This document shows positions 49,780 to 64,000 of a stretch of DNA of 64,000 bases, in pieces. The notes beneath the pieces are model-generated. The model was not told where the DNA came from. It made no database searches and saw only the letters and a program-made list of their open reading frames with translations. The stretch's first letter is position 1; each line of letters starts with the position of its first letter. The position numbers were made by a program, and so were the translations under genes. This stretch comes from Camelus ferus (Eukaryota): assembly GCF_009834535.1 (NCBI RefSeq), contig NC_045696.1, positions 104,968,001-105,032,000 on the forward strand. The letters run 5' to 3'.

Positions 49780-50530
49780 AGGATTTGTTACAAGGATTCA
49801 GAGGAATCTCCCCAAACCTGAGGGCACAAATTACAGGCAGGCCTCCCAGGGAGCTGCAACCACCAAGCCTTGCAGATGCGGACTGTTTTTCTGCCTCTGT
49901 ACCTTTGTGGACTCCTACGGCCTCGCTGAGTCTGGGACTCCTGTCTACCTTTCTGTCCCTCTTTCTCTATGCCTGCTATGCATGTCTCTGTGTTTTTCTC
50001 CACATCTGCCTGTTTGCCTCTGTGTGTCTGTCTCCCCATCACTCTCAATGTGCAGCTCTTCGTGTGGCTGTGTGCCTCTCCCTGTGTCTGTCACTTCCAT
50101 GATTATTTCTCTCCTTTTCTCTCTTTGTGTCTTTACAAGTTATCTGTGGGCTTCTGTCTCTGTCCATCCATCTGTCTTTGTTGGTCTGTCTCTCTCAGAC
50201 TGCACTGTCTCTTAAGTTGCTTCCTTTGACTTGCTTGTTTCCATCTCTCTGTGTGTGCAAATGACCAGACGTGGCTGCCTCCAGGCAAGGTTTTTACACC
50301 ATTTTCTGATTCACCTCCTCACAGAGACTGACCACTAACTCTGAATCCCAATTTCCAAATTCCTGGGGGAGAGGATCTGATTGGCTCAGCTTGGGTCAGA
50401 TGTTAATTTCTGGTTCAATTCATCTGTGGCCGGGAAGGCTTGAAGCTGGGACAGGGAGGTGTCAGGTGTGATCAAAATGATTGTGTGTTCCTGAGCAACA
50501 GAGCACGAAGGTCCTGGCCGATAGAAAAGA
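49780..50530. mobile_element. Old MLT1 (J/K-like) LTR with a CT-rich low-complexity interior
   Basis: gagaggatctgattggctcagcttgggtcag motif and a TC/TG-rich tract at 49940-50260. Confidence 0.5.
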
Positions 50531-50559
50531 GAAAGGGGAAAAAAGACTTTGGAACAAGG

Positions 50560-53500
50560 ATAAAAATGCTCATTGTTTGGAAATATTATAAACATCTAAC
50601 TAGAAACACCAGCAAAATCGAACAGTATAAGAGAGCTTGGCAAAACTGCTGGATTAAAGGGCAGCAGGCCTGAAAAATCAGTATCATTTCTTTATATCAG
50701 TAATAACCAATTAGCAAATACATTTTTTAATAAGACATAGTTCACAATGGCAGAAAAGTCTATAAAAGATAAGAATAAAAAAAGACCTAGAGGGAGTAAA
50801 ATTTTAAATTCTAATAAATAAAAATATACATATATATGATCTAAATAAATGGAGATCCATTCCAAGGTCATGAATGGGACAACTTAATATTATAAGAGTA
50901 TCAATTCTCCCTAAATTGGTCCATAAATTCAAGGCAATTGTAACCAGTTTTCCAAATGGTGTTTTAAAGGAACTTTATAAATGTACTGTATACTTTACAT
51001 GGAAAAAGGAGACCTGACAGAATTCCCTGTGAGGCATCTGGTCCTTGGCAAGCAATGGCTGCTGTCTGCTGGGGATGGAGCGGGAGGCCTGAAAACCTTG
51101 TGGGGCACCCTGAGCCTCACCAGGCCCACGGCAGTGGCCCTCCACAAACTGGAGCAGGACAGCAGGGCTGAGTGAGGTCTTCTAAGGCACAGAGACAGCA
51201 TGGGAATGGAAGCCAACCTGAACGCCCCACAGCAGAGAGAGCTCCCGTGGCTCAGAAAACTGGCAGTTGAACAGTAAAGTATAGGAAGTTATCCAGAGCC
51301 TGGATTCCCATCCCTCCTGAAAGGAAAGTCTTGATGCCACTCTCAAAATATTTAAAGCCAGTGGAGAAATTGAATAAAATTAAAGGTGCAAGAAAGCCAC
51401 AGACTCAGCTCGTCTAGAGGTTGGATTGACTCAGCCCCCTGCGAGCAGCCTGACAGAAGGACCACGCCTCCTCCTGGAGGATAGACCGACTCACCTCAGT
51501 CTCTGCTATTCTTCCTCATATCACATCTGCCATGCAATTGTTAAGATTATGAGACATTAGAGCAATCAATGTGATGCATGGTCAAGAGAGGAAACAGTCA
51601 GATTCATTTATTTAAAAACCAAACCAAACCAAAAAAAAAAAAAAAAAAAAACCTCTCAACAAACTAGGTACTGAAGATATATTAATCCTCCTATTGCTGC
51701 TGTAACAAATGACCCCAAACGGAACTCCTTAAAAACAACACAAGTTTATTACCTTACAGTTTTGGAGGTCAGAAGTGCAAAATGAGGTCTCCCTGGACTA
51801 AAATCCAGGTGTTGGCAGGGCTGCATTCCTTTCTGGAGGTTCTGAAGAAGAATTTGTTTACTCACATTTTTCCAGCTTTTAGAGGGCACCCACATTCTTT
51901 GGCTCAAGGCCAGAAATGTTAGATCTCCCTGATCATTTTCTGCAGTCAGTCCCCATGTGACACTCTTCTTTTGCCTCCTTCTTCTTTTCTAAAGGTGCCT
52001 TGCGATTACATTAGGCCCATCCAGATGATCCAGAATAATCTGCTATCTTAAGGTCAGGTGACTGGCAACTTCAATTCCATCAGCAACATTAATTCCCCTT
52101 TGCCGTGTATTTGAACATACTTGTATGTTTCTGGAATTAGGATGTGGACATCTTTAGGGGATCATTATTCTGCCCACCATAGAACAGAATTTTTTTGATC
52201 TAATATAAGGCATCTGTGAAAAATACACAGTTAACAATCACATTTGATAGTGAAACACTGAACACTATTTCCTAAGATTGGGAATGTCTCAAAGATTTCT
52301 TCTCTCACCAATTCTGTAGAACATTGTACTAAAAGTCCTACCTAGTTCAGTAAGTCAGGGGGAAAAAGGCATAAAAATCAGAAAGGAAAAAAGAAAAGTG
52401 TCCTTATTGTAAAGGGACAGAATTTTGTATAGAAAAAAACTGTGGAATTTCTGAAATTTAATAAGTGACTTTAGCAAGGTTACAAGATATGAGAACAATG
52501 TTCAAAAATTAATTGTATTTTAATATATTAGTTATGAACAATTGGAAAATGAAATTTTAAAAAACATCTATAATAGCATCAAGTAAACCAAACACCTAGG
52601 ATGAATCTAACAAAAGACAGGCGAGACCTCTGTATTGAAAGTTATACAACATTTCTGGGACAATTTAAAGACAACACAAATGAATAAAAAGGTATACCAA
52701 ATACGTGGATTTGAATATTCAAGATTGATAAATAGTTCATTCTCTCTAAATTGACCTACAGATTTAGTACAATCCCAATCAAAATCTCAAAAGAATTTTT
52801 TAAATTGAAAAGGTGATTCTAAAAATGTACATAGCAGTGTAAAGGATTTAGAGTAGCCAAAACAATTTTCAAAAAAAGAACAAAATTGGAGAACTTACAC
52901 TATCTGATTTTAAAACTTACTATACAGCTACAGTAATCACGACAGTCGGTTATTGGCATAAAACAAGTAGATCATTGGGTCAGAATAGAAAACCCAAAAA
53001 TACACCCACAGTGTGTATTGATTTTTAAAATCTTTTTAACAGGATATGTTGTAACAACTTGATGCTTCTATGAGGGGGAAAAATTGATTCTTGATATCTA
53101 TCACAATCTATATACACAAAAAATAATTTGAGATTTTAGACCTAAATGTAAAAACTAGAAACATAAATTTCCCTGAATAAAATAAAACATAGGATAATAT
53201 TTTTGTGACCATGAGTGGGAAAAGATTTTTTCAATCAGAACTCAAAAGGAACTAACCATAAGAGAAAAAGAAGATAAATTAGGCATCCATAAAATTAAAA
53301 TTTTTTTACTCACTAAAAGTAACCATTAAGAAAATGAAAAGGCAAGCCAAAAACTGGAAAAAGATTCATAATATATTTATTTGACAAAAGACATATCCAA
53401 CAGATTGAAGCGGAGAGGATGTGTCAAGAACTATTACAAGTCAACAATAAAAAAAATAAATAATTCAAGGAAAAAATGGGCAAAGGACATGAAGGCTCAC

Positions 53501-55520
53501 TTCACAAGAGATTAGCCAATAAGCACACATAAAGATGGTCAACATCATTAGTCATCAGGGAAATGGAAATTAAAATTACAGTGCGATACATTTCATTCCC
53601 ACTGGAATAACTTCTATCTAAAATTGATAATACCAAATGTCAGTGAGGATGTGGAGCAACTAGAACTCTCAGACATTGCTGGTGGAATGTAAAATGCTAC
53701 AATTATTCTGAAGGATAGTTTAGCAATGCTTGAAAAGCTAGATATAAGCCTACATGAAGACTCAGCAATTCTTCTCCTAGATACCTACCAAAGAGAAGTG
53801 AAAACCTATGTCTACAAAAAAGACTTCAACAATAATGGTTATAATGACCTATTACATAATATATACATATTGGTAACAATCCAAATGTCTACCAAAAGCC
53901 AAATGGAAAACAAATCTACTCAGCAATTAAAAAAAGGAATAAAATGCTAATATATACAATGACAGTAATGAGTATAAAAACCAGCTACAAAAGAATATGG
54001 ACTGTCTAATTCCATTTATATCTAAGTCATATAAAACTAATCAATGGTAATAGTGAACAGAAATTAATCATGAGGTTAAGACTAACAGAAGGGTACAAGG
54101 AAAATTTCTGGGATGGTAAAAATAATCTATCTAATAAGATTTTCTTAGCTAATTCTGGAATTTTGTGCTTTCATATGAATTACTGAGATATAATTTTACA
54201 CGTAACACACATGGGACTCCTAAGTATTTATTTAAATGGATTTTGAAAGTTATATATAAATGTTGATGCATACAAGTTATACCACAATAATTCTATGGAA
54301 GAAATAAAAATCTGTTATTAAATAGGACAATCTTAATAAAAAACGGGAACGAGGAGAAACCTGCTTTATCAGACAATAAAGTAGTCTATAAAGCATAGTA
54401 GTAAAAGCAGTCTGGTATTGTTTTACAAACAGTTTATGGACCAATAGACCAGAGAGCCAGGACAGACCATTATCATACCTCTTGTAACAAAATAACACTA
54501 TACAATAAAGAAAATATTGGTTTAATAACAGAGTTGAAAAAACTGAAACACAAGAAAAAGCTCAATTCCTACTTAAATATAACTTTATTCCAAATGGATA
54601 AAATATCTCAATATCTAAGATATCGTTGCAACATAGAGGTATGAAAGCAATTCCTAAGCAATACTTCAAAAGCACAAACCACACAGCAAAAATTAGATGG
54701 ATTTGACCATATCAAAATTAAGTATTTTTACATTCAATGAAAGACATTTAGGAAAGTTAGTAGATGACACAATGAAAAAAACATATTTGTGGCATTTAAT
54801 ATCAGCAAGGAATTCATTATTTAGAGTATGCAAGAAACTCTTGTAAATCAAAAGGAATATAGATAGAAACCCCCCATTAAAAATGTTCAAAGAGAACATT
54901 TAGCAATTTATAGAAAAGGAAACTCAAAATGCTTAAATGCATGATTAATTGGGGAAATGCTAATTGACAAAGAACCATCTCTTTATGCTTATCAGACTGA
55001 TAAAATTGGAAAGCTGTATAATGTTAAGTGCTGGAAGGGATGTGGGGTACAGAACTTTCTATGCACTACCGGTGGGAGGGGTGCAGCCATTCTGGAAAAG
55101 GCCCGTGAGTACTCAGTTAAATTAGGCATAGAAATACCTATGACCCAAGCACCCTGCTCCTTGGGTATATATCTCAAGAAATTCTCACACAGTCCAAGGG
55201 GCACAAGTATAAGAATGTCAAGTTGTAGCAGGAGCTTGAAAAAGTGGCTGGGTATATCGTAAAGGATTCACATCACGGCATATGTGCCAGACGGCAGTTA
55301 GTAGCGATGGATCGAATATGTATATTGCAAGAAGGACGGATCTGGAAAAGACAGAGCTTAGTAAAATAAGAATGAGAACAAAATATATGATACAACACCA
55401 TTTAGGTACATTTAAAATACATGCACATAAAATGACAATATGCTGTTTGCAGAAGGCATTGCATTAAACACTTTAGAATGAATGATTGGCTGAGGGTGAA
55501 AGGAAAGGAGAATGGAGAAT
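50560..55520 (+). mobile_element. Cluster of old L1 fragments (ORF2 RT/C-terminal and 3' ends)
   Basis: tcaattctccctaaattg, aacaaaattggagaacttacactatctgattttaaaacttactatacagctacagtaatc, gaggatgtggagcaactagaactctc. Confidence 0.85.
51680..52180 (-). mobile_element. MLT1C/D-like LTR
   Basis: attgctgctgtaacaaat...ttacagttttggaggtcagaagt...ggaattaggatgtggacatcttt. Confidence 0.85.
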
Positions 55521-55849
55521 GAAGTAAATAAAACAACAGAGGGACCTCCCATGGACCGTGATGATTATAGGCCACACACTGTTCAAGAGGATTAACTCAA
55601 GCCTCTATACTTGCAGTTTGAAACTAGTTGCAGGACATCCTTCCCAGAGGAAGGAGGACAATTATCTGGAAGGGAGAGTAGGGGCTATGAAGTCAATAGG
55701 TTACTGAGAGCCCAGAGTGAACCAAACAATTACAAGGGACGTGTCTCATCCTTGATTTTTTAAAGAAGAAATTCAAGTTCGGAGAGGCTACACAATTAGC
55801 CCAAGGTCTCAGTTTGTAAGGAGCAGTACCAGAATTCAGACTCAGTGTC

Positions 55850-56530
55850 AAAAGGAGTCATCACTTGACTGTTACTGCCCTGACCCAAGCTGACATGGCA
55901 CTCACCAGTACTGCTACCCTAGCCTCCTCTCTGGCCTCCCTGCTCCCACCCATGCCCCTATGGTCTACTCCACACAGCATCCAGAGCATCCCTGTAGAAA
56001 TGTAACTCAGATCATGTCACTTCCCAGCTCAGAACCCTGCAAAGCTGTCCCAGTCTCACATCATTCAGAATGAAATCCAAAATGCCTACATGTCCGACGA
56101 GCTCCCAGATGGCCTGGCCCCGCCAAGCTTTCCAGTCCCACCTATGATCACTCTGCATCTGGCTCTTTCAGCTCAGCCACGCTGACCTTCTTGCTGTTCC
56201 TTAAGCACTGCCAGGGCATTCTAGCCTCAGGACTTGGCACCCACCTTTCCCCCAGTTCTCTTATTCATCACTTCACTCAGGTCTCTGATCAGATGTTACT
56301 GCCAAGAAAACCTTCCCTGACCACCTTATCTCTAATGCACCATCTTCTACTCATCATTTTTAATGCTTTGCTTCTACCACTTATCCCTACCTGACAGCAC
56401 ATTATCTACATTTTTGTTGGTTGGTTTATTTTTATCTTCCACGTTAGGATGAGGGAAGATACTGCTCTGAATCATGTGCCTGTGCAATCCCTGGCCCGTG
56501 GCAAGCTCTCATTCAATGCATGTGGATGAC
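55850..56530 (+). mobile_element. L2 LINE 3' remnant
   Basis: cagatcatgtcacttcccagctcagaaccctgcaa, cttcttgctgttcctt, ccttccctgaccacc. Confidence 0.7.
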
Positions 56531-56864
56531 TGTTTGGATGTCTGCGCCCAGACCTATGTTCTTTCCATTGGGGCACCACTCATGACTCATAAACAAAGCC
56601 TGGGGAAGGGAGTGTGGTGAAAATAGGAACAGACACAAAGGTCCAGGTGGCCCTTTGCTAGGAAGCAGGGGAGTGGCGTCAGAGAGAGGAAATTCCTGCT
56701 GGGGCTGAACAAAGTAGGGGCAAGAAGAGGAACCATGAAGGCACTAAGATTTTAGGATTTTAACCTCTCTGATCTTTCTGCTTCCAGAAAAGATGAAAAC
56801 CAAACTGACCCACCAGTTCTCCCACCCCCAAATCAGCCAATGCCTTAGTCTGCTCTCATGAGCC

Positions 56865-56992
56865 TCAGGGGAGAGAAATTTCACAACTGCCCTACAAAAT
56901 CCGTTTCCCAAGTCTAATGACCATCACAATAAGAAATCCATCCTTATTACAGGCCTTAATTTCTCTTGCTGCAATTTAATCCTATTTCCTCC
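56865..56992 (-). mobile_element. Ancient CR1/L3 LINE fragment
   Basis: tttcacaactgccct...gtctaatgaccatcacaataagaaat...tctcttgctgcaatttaatcctatttcct resembles the CR1/L3 3' region. Confidence 0.55.
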
Positions 56993-58500
56993 AAGAAATA
57001 TAGTGTGTAATTGAGAAATAAACAAGGGAGTAAATTGCTGTGGCAATCTAACATCATTTACACAAGTCGCATAAAAGATTTTCCTCTGGATTATAATTAT
57101 ATCTCTGTTGTTAATCCCAGCTAGCTCTCAGAACCTAGTTCTTAGGGCTGAGCTCGGCAATCAGCTTCCGTAAAGATGCCACTTACTGTATGTCTTTCCT
57201 AAGGGACACACTATTGACAGGACCATTAAAAGGAGAGATCCTTGGTGGGAGGAGAGAAAACTCTTTTCTCAAACAATTCATTGCCCTTCTACTAAAAGCA
57301 CATTCACTTTTCATTCTCACCCACACTAAATGGTGTTCTTAGGAGCCCTAGAAAATTCTGGTCTGTCTACAAAACACACTCTGGCCCTTAAAAGGAGATC
57401 GGGCTGTCCTCCCTCCAGTACCACCTGAAATGCCATCCTTATGGATTCACTCCTTTGAGTTAAGAATTGCCCTCTGCAAGTCCTGCATCTAAAATGTCAA
57501 CAGCTAAACATGAGAGAGACAAGCCCTTAATATCTCAGTGTAATGGTCATTTGTTGCTTCTGCTGCATGTGTTCAGCCATCCTTCTTCTGACAGCTGCAC
57601 CCATCCCATACTCACATCCCAGTTTTCTTGCAGTCATCAGTTGTATCAATTGGTTTTTGCTGTAGTAATGCTGCATAACAAACAGTAACAAAACCCTAGT
57701 GTTCACAGTAATAAGCATTCATTGTTCATCTGTCTGGAATAGTTGGGAGTTTATCTTGTCTGGGCTTGCTCACGCTTCTGGAGACCACCTGGCTGTATGC
57801 TATTCCAGGGTAACCAAAGTTATTTTACTCTGTTCCATGAGCCTCTCACATGCCTGGATATGTTCTCCTGTTGATACCAGATGTACAAGAGAGCATGCAA
57901 AACATTCAAGGTCACTTGAAGCCTTGACTCAGAAATGGCAAAGTCTCGCCAGCTATTGAACAAATGCAAACTTAAATACAAGGTATCTTTGACACTTATC
58001 TGGAAACTGGAAAGATGAAACAAATGTTGAGGCACAGGGTTGGTGAAATGGAATTGAATGTTCTCATACTTGATAGAGAAAGAATCAACTGGTAAATCTC
58101 TCCATATGATGATTTGGCAAATGTTCTGTCCCTTTGATCTGGACACAGTACCTCCTGGGGTTTATCCTAAGCAAACAGAGAGGTGCACAAAGATGGGTGT
58201 ACAAGTACATCCAGTGTGATACAAAAAAACTGAGACAAGTTCAATATCCAGCATTAGGAGATGGATGAACCAAAGTATAGTACTTACATGCAATGGGATA
58301 TCATATATATTATATAAGGTACAATATACATGGCATTATATATGTTAAGAGACACTCTGCAGTTAGGTGAGTATTACATGTATGCTTCTGCTTTTGTTAA
58401 GAAACCACACATATACGTAGATACATAGTCACTGAAAAAAAGTTTAATGGAAATATCAGAATGTTTATTGCAATTATCTGTCTCTGGGTGGAGAATTATG

Positions 58501-58503
<3 letters not shown>

Positions 58504-58541
<38 letters not shown>
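58504..58541. repeat. Poly-T tract (about 38 nt)
   Basis: Direct reading. Confidence 0.95.
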
Positions 58542-58544
<3 letters not shown>

Positions 58545-59521
58545 TGTCTATGTCTTCTCATTTTTCTTCAGTGGACCTGTATTATTCATTTAATTTAAAT
58601 CTTATTAAAATGTGTCTGGATGTCCATTCTGCTGAAGCTCTCTCTAGCTTGTGACTTTTTCAGGAGTGTTTTGCCCACAGTAGACTCTAAACTCCCCTAT
58701 CCTCTTGACCTGACTCTGCTCACCAGGGCTGGCATCATAACCCTAACCCCATGCAGTTTCTTCACTACAGTGGGCTTATAACCTTGCAACCATCTAACTC
58801 GGGGCTAGGAACTGCAGAGCGCCAGTGGGCCCTGGCTCTTTAGTGCCACCCGGAGTGTGCAGCCTGGTGGTAACACTTACCCCAGGGCTTTGGTTCCATT
58901 CCCAGCTGCAGGGACTAACCTAGGCTCCTTTCTGCAAGAAACAAAGTATACCAAGTGAGGAGTCCCTTCCTCTGAAAGTATTCCCAGCCCCAAGGCGGCT
59001 GCTGACTATATACACCTTGGGAACAGGAGCCCTGCCCAGAAAGCACTGAGGAGCTCATTACTCAAATATGCCCGGTGGCAAACCATTTGCAAAGGGAGCA
59101 AGCTGTTTGTAGAGTGAATAATCGCACGAGCACTTGAGTTTCACTCATAAGGAATGTTAACAGCATATTGTAAACATCATTCACTTTAATATTGTTTTTT
59201 TTCAATCCTTCATTTTCAGAGTGAAACCTTCCTTCATCTGTTCCTGATCCAAAACTGATATATACTTGCACAAATGTATCTGGTTAGCAAACAATGTGTT
59301 TCAATTTGTATTCTAATGTCTGTATTGGCTTTGATTTGGCCTTAAAGACCTGGCTGACCTTCCTAGACTGCGGGGTGACAGATTCTTTTATAAACACAAG
59401 GATGAGCTGAAGGCAAAGCTCAAATCTGAGGCGCATATGATCTTCCCTGAGGAGTCCCTGGAGGTGACTGGAAATAGGCTCCATGACCCCAAAACCTCTC
59501 TCCTCCCTCCCTGTTCCATCT

Positions 59522-59815
59522 CTGTCTTAATCTATTTGACTACTACAACAAAGGTACCATAGATGGGGGAGCTCAAACAGTACACATTTGTTTCTCATTG
59601 TTTTCAAGGCCAAGAAGTCCAAGATCCAAGATCAAGGCAAGGGAGGAGAGAGGAACCTCCAGGGTATCTTTTGCAAGGGCATTAATCACATTCATGAAGG
59701 TTTTGCCCTCGTGACCTAATCACCTCCCAAAGGTCCCACTTCCACACATGACCAATTTGGGGATTAGGTTTCAATATATCAATGTGGAGGGGACACAAAC
59801 GTTCAGTCTAAAGCA
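59522..59815 (-). mobile_element. MLT1A/MST-like LTR
   Basis: tgtcttaatctatttg...gacctaatcacctcccaaaggtcccac...ggggacacaaacgttcagtc. Confidence 0.8.
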
Positions 59816-61444
59816 TTGTGCCTCTGTGCATGGGGCTCAAGGGCCCAGAGCCTCTGACTAATTTTTGTTTTCTCAATCCATCAGTTTGTGACAGCTTGGT
59901 ATTAATACCTCCCACTAGGACCATGGATTGTCCACTTCTCCTTGTAATCCTGCCTATTTTTAGGCCATGTTATTAGGCGTATAAGGTCATAATTATTATA
60001 TCTTGATGAATTTATAATGTAGCATCTTAACGTTTTCAATTTTGTCTAATAGAATACTTTTTTTTTTTTTTTGGCTAGCATTTGCATGATAGGCTATTTC
60101 TATCCTTTATTTTTGAGCTTTCCATATTCATTTTATTTGTGACACTTATAAGCAGCAAATAAATGGATTTTAAAACTTTGTTTTGACTTTTAGTCAACAT
60201 GATATTCCCTGCATTTTAATAAGTTAGTTGAATATATTTACATCTGGATTACTAATTTTTTTAATTGTTTACCATGGTTTTCCTGTCAATTTTTTCCTCT
60301 TTTCCAAAGTTCTCTTTTCCCACTGATTTGATTATAGTTTGCTTCTCTTAATCCCCCCCTTTTTCCTTTGTTGGTTTGATGGTTATAATACCTGTTTATA
60401 TTATTTTAGCCCCCCCAAAATTAATATGTATCTTTAATTTGTATCTATTTTCTAACAGAATTTAAAGTTTGTGGGTACTATACCCTGCTTCCTTCCTCTG
60501 AACCATGTGGAATCATCTTCACTGTCAATACTGTTTAGAATGTCAGTTCTACCTCCGTAGAGGAGGAAGGAGAGAGGAAAGAAACAGGAGGTAGAGGGTA
60601 AGCCCCTGACTCTAGGAACAGTAATATTACTCATTCACATTTTTTTTTGTTTGTTTTCCACAATTAAAATCACTTTACTGCATCTTTCATGATTTTTTTT
60701 TTTTAGAATATATGTTTATTGTAAAACATTTTCAAACAATACAGAAAAGTATAAGGGGAAAATAAAAATCACCCAAAATACCTCTACCTTCAGATAACTA
60801 GATTTGGGTGACCATCCACTCATGTATCTCTGTATGCATGTACTCTATCTGTATGTACATTTCCATATGTAACATTTTCATAAATGGATTTAAAGATTCA
60901 CTTTTAAAGGCAGATGACTGCTTTCACAGAACTGTTTGAGTTTTGCTTACCTCTCCCCTACTCTAATACACACATTTTCTATAACCAATGTATTAACCAC
61001 TTATCTAAATATCCTATCCTAGCTTTTTCCTGGTTCATTTAATTATAGATAGATTAATGAGAGAAAGAGCGAAAGAAAAAAGAAAGAAAGAGAGAAGGGG
61101 AAGGAGAGAAGGGGAAGGAGAGAGGGAAGGGAAAGAAAGAGAGAGAAGATGGGCAGGCAGACAAATATATGAAATTTCAGTCTTTTGTTTATTTTATAAA
61201 ACTAGGATTATGTTACTTATACTTCTCTGAAGTTTGCTTTTCCCACCTTATAATTCATCATGTAAATCCTCTGCAGTCAGCTCCAACAGACTTAGATCAT
61301 TTTTTGTAGGTTTTTATTATGGCAATTTTCATACATACACAAAAGAAGTGGGAAAAGTATAATGAACTCTCATGTACCCATCACCCAACTTCAACGATGA
61401 TCAATATTTACATTTTGCCAATCTTGTTTCATTAATCCTCCCCA

Positions 61445-61927
61445 TAGGAGACAGAATAATGGCTCCCCCCAAAGATATTCAGATTCTGTCCTCTAGGAGT
61501 CTGTTACCCTACATGGTAAAAGGGATTTTCCAGATGTGATTAAGTCAAGTCCTTTGAGATAAGGAGAGTTTCCTAAATTATTTAGGTGGGCCTGACCTAT
61601 TCATGTGAATCCTTCAAATCTGAGCATCTTTTTTGACTGTAGCTGGAGGAGATGTAGCCAGGCAAAAATGATACGAGAAATGCAACCTTGCTGGCTTTGA
61701 AGATAGAGGCAGAGGGCCTCCAACCAGGACCCCTAGAATCTGGAAAAGGCAAGGGAACAGATTCCCTGCTAGAGCCTCCAGAAAGAAACGGTCTTGCAAC
61801 TCCTTGACTTTAGCTTCATAAGAGCCATGTTAGGTTGCTAATCCACAGACCTGCAAGGAAATACATGTGTGAGGGCGTTTTGGCTACCGAGTTTGTGGCA
61901 ATTTGTTACTGCGACAATAAACCTACT
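61445..61927 (+). mobile_element. MLT1D-like LTR
   Basis: cagaataatggctccccccaaagat...ggaaaaggcaagggaacagattccc...gtggcaatttgttac. Confidence 0.8.
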
Positions 61928-63289
61928 ATGCCTTCCTTTCTTCATCCCCCTTCCCACTTTGCCTCCCTCCCTCCTTCCTTCTTTCCTTCCATCCTTCCTT
62001 TCTCTCTAGTGAGGGCTGCAGTGTTTTTTAGCAAATTTCAAACATCATCACATTTTACCTGTAAATACTTCACCACATATTTTAACAGCTGAGGGCTTAA
62101 AAAATCATCACACCTAATACATCTTACAGAATGAGTAATTGTTTAATATCATCCAATAATCTGCCTTTAGATTTTCCTTTTTGTATTTTTTAAAAAGTCT
62201 TTTTTTTTATACCTGATTTGTTTAATCAGATTCTAAAGAAGGTCCTTAAGTTACTTTTCATTGATATTTCTCTTATGTCAATTTTAATTTTTAAGTTTCC
62301 CCTTCTTCTCTTTTAAACAGGCCATTTTTGGGGTAAGGAAACCTGATTGTTTGCTCAGCAAAATTTACCACATTCTGAATTAAGGTGACCACATCTTCAA
62401 AGCATCAATTAGCATGATCCTCTAGTCCCTGTATTTCTTGTAAACTGGCAGTTAGCACTAGAGGCTTGATGAAATTCAGATTCTACTTTTTTGGCTTCCT
62501 GTTGCATTACATCCAGGCTTTCCACTCTGGGTGAAATTGAGATGTATTGGTGACTGAGCTGTTGTCATTCTGTCTATCCATTATAAAGTTTCTTAAACAC
62601 TTTCTACCTTGAGATATTGGGAGTCAGTTGACTAAATCTATTATTTCATTAACATTGTTTAAGTATCATTAAAACTCATTTGCATATATTTGATATATTT
62701 TAATATTTTGCAACTTTTAAAAATTATTCCTGTTTTTCCCAACTTTAGCCAACAAAACCCCCCATGATTGGCTCCTCTGATCTTTCAACATGCCCTATCA
62801 GCCTTTGATAGCTTCTTTTTGGTATAAACTGCCCCTTGGAGACCACAACCAAAGAGATGAGGGTTAACTCACTCTTTTTAAAGCCTGAATGATGCTTCAT
62901 GACATGAGTGGCAGCTGTTGCAGCTGAGCGCACTCAGCATCATTCTAAACCTGTTGGAGTGTGTCTTACTACATTTCAAAGACTATATCTCCTGCCTCAT
63001 AGACTTGCAATCTTCATTTGACCTCGGTTCTGCCAAATGGGCACTTGAGAGAGATTTGGAAGTCAGAAGCGTGGAAAGATTTTCCTTTGGCTGCTTCTCT
63101 TAGCTCAGCTGCAGTCAGGTAGGCTGCGGCACAAGTGCTGGACTGGGAACCCCAGGGACTGGTGCCCAGCCTCAAAGATAGCAAGAGTCAGGGTGCAGAG
63201 CAGCTATTCTGCTGCTTTAGATGACTGCTGCAGTGTATCTGGGATCCAGCAATTAGAGCTGTAGCTTCCTGAATTTCTAGCTTTACTAG

Positions 63290-63665
63290 TTAGCTTTTGC
63301 TAGGTTACACTGCTTAGGAAAAAAAAAAAAAACTTAGTAGCTAGTGACAAAGGATGATTTCTCCCAGATGTTGCACATTGACTGTGAGTTTGGTTTGACT
63401 TTACCCCAGTGTCTTCATTATTTTAGGATCTAGGCTGACAGAGTAGCCCCTATCTAGGACATTCTGTTGTTGTGACAGACTGAAAAGAGAGACAGCAGAA
63501 CCATGCAAAGGCACTGAAAGCTTTTATTTGGAACTGACATGTATGACTCCTACTGACATTTCATTGGTTAAAGCAAGTCACATGGCCAAGCTTTGTTAAT
63601 GAGATGGAGAAGTATAATCTCTTACAAGGAAGAGGAGCAAATAATTGAGAATAATACAACCTACG
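63290..63665 (-). mobile_element. Old MLT1 LTR
   Basis: catttcattggttaaagcaagtcacatggccaag motif. Confidence 0.6.
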
Positions 63666-64000
63666 ATATAATAAGATCTGTATAGAATATTGTTGCTATC
63701 TCCATGTGACAAAGAGAGCAGCAACCTTGGTGAGCCACGTCTGTGCTTGTGCCTGAGAGTCATCCTTGGAAACTCAACCTAGACCCTGTTCCTCCAGCCC
63801 TCCCAAGGACTGTGTTCCTGCCTAATTCCCCATATCAACTCACTTTCTCTTCAAATTTTCTACAACTGAATTCTGCACCACAGTATGGATGCATCAGTTT
63901 ATTTATTCCACATTGATAAGTAATCGTTTCGTTTCCAGGTTTAAAACAATTTTTGTTACTAAATATAATGCAAAACCCTTTAAAAATATATATTCAAATG

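Overview
Mammalian genomic DNA, most likely camelid, judged from three tRNA-derived SINEs of the Vic-1 type. The only protein-coding sequence I can support is the first coding exon of calsyntenin-2 (CLSTN2) on the minus strand (ATG at 13877, splice donor after 13766). It lies in a CpG island with a (GGC)12 tract just upstream of the ATG and two perfect CRE sites further upstream. Positions 1-13765 are the start of intron 1, and about 14150-64000 is upstream intergenic DNA dominated by transposable elements (L1, L2, MIR, MLT1/MLT2, ERV solo LTRs, MER5, CR1/L3, MamSINE1) and microsatellites. Nearly all ORFs in the supplied track are spurious. I found no convincing novel biological system. The most interesting items are the CLSTN2 5'UTR repeat with its open in-frame leader, a solo LTR with a periodic CCAAT array, an internally deleted L1 retaining both ends, and a SINE-L1-tail composite. 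Repeat family names come from recognising consensus sequences by eye, and repeat boundaries are approximate unless a target-site duplication (TSD) is given.
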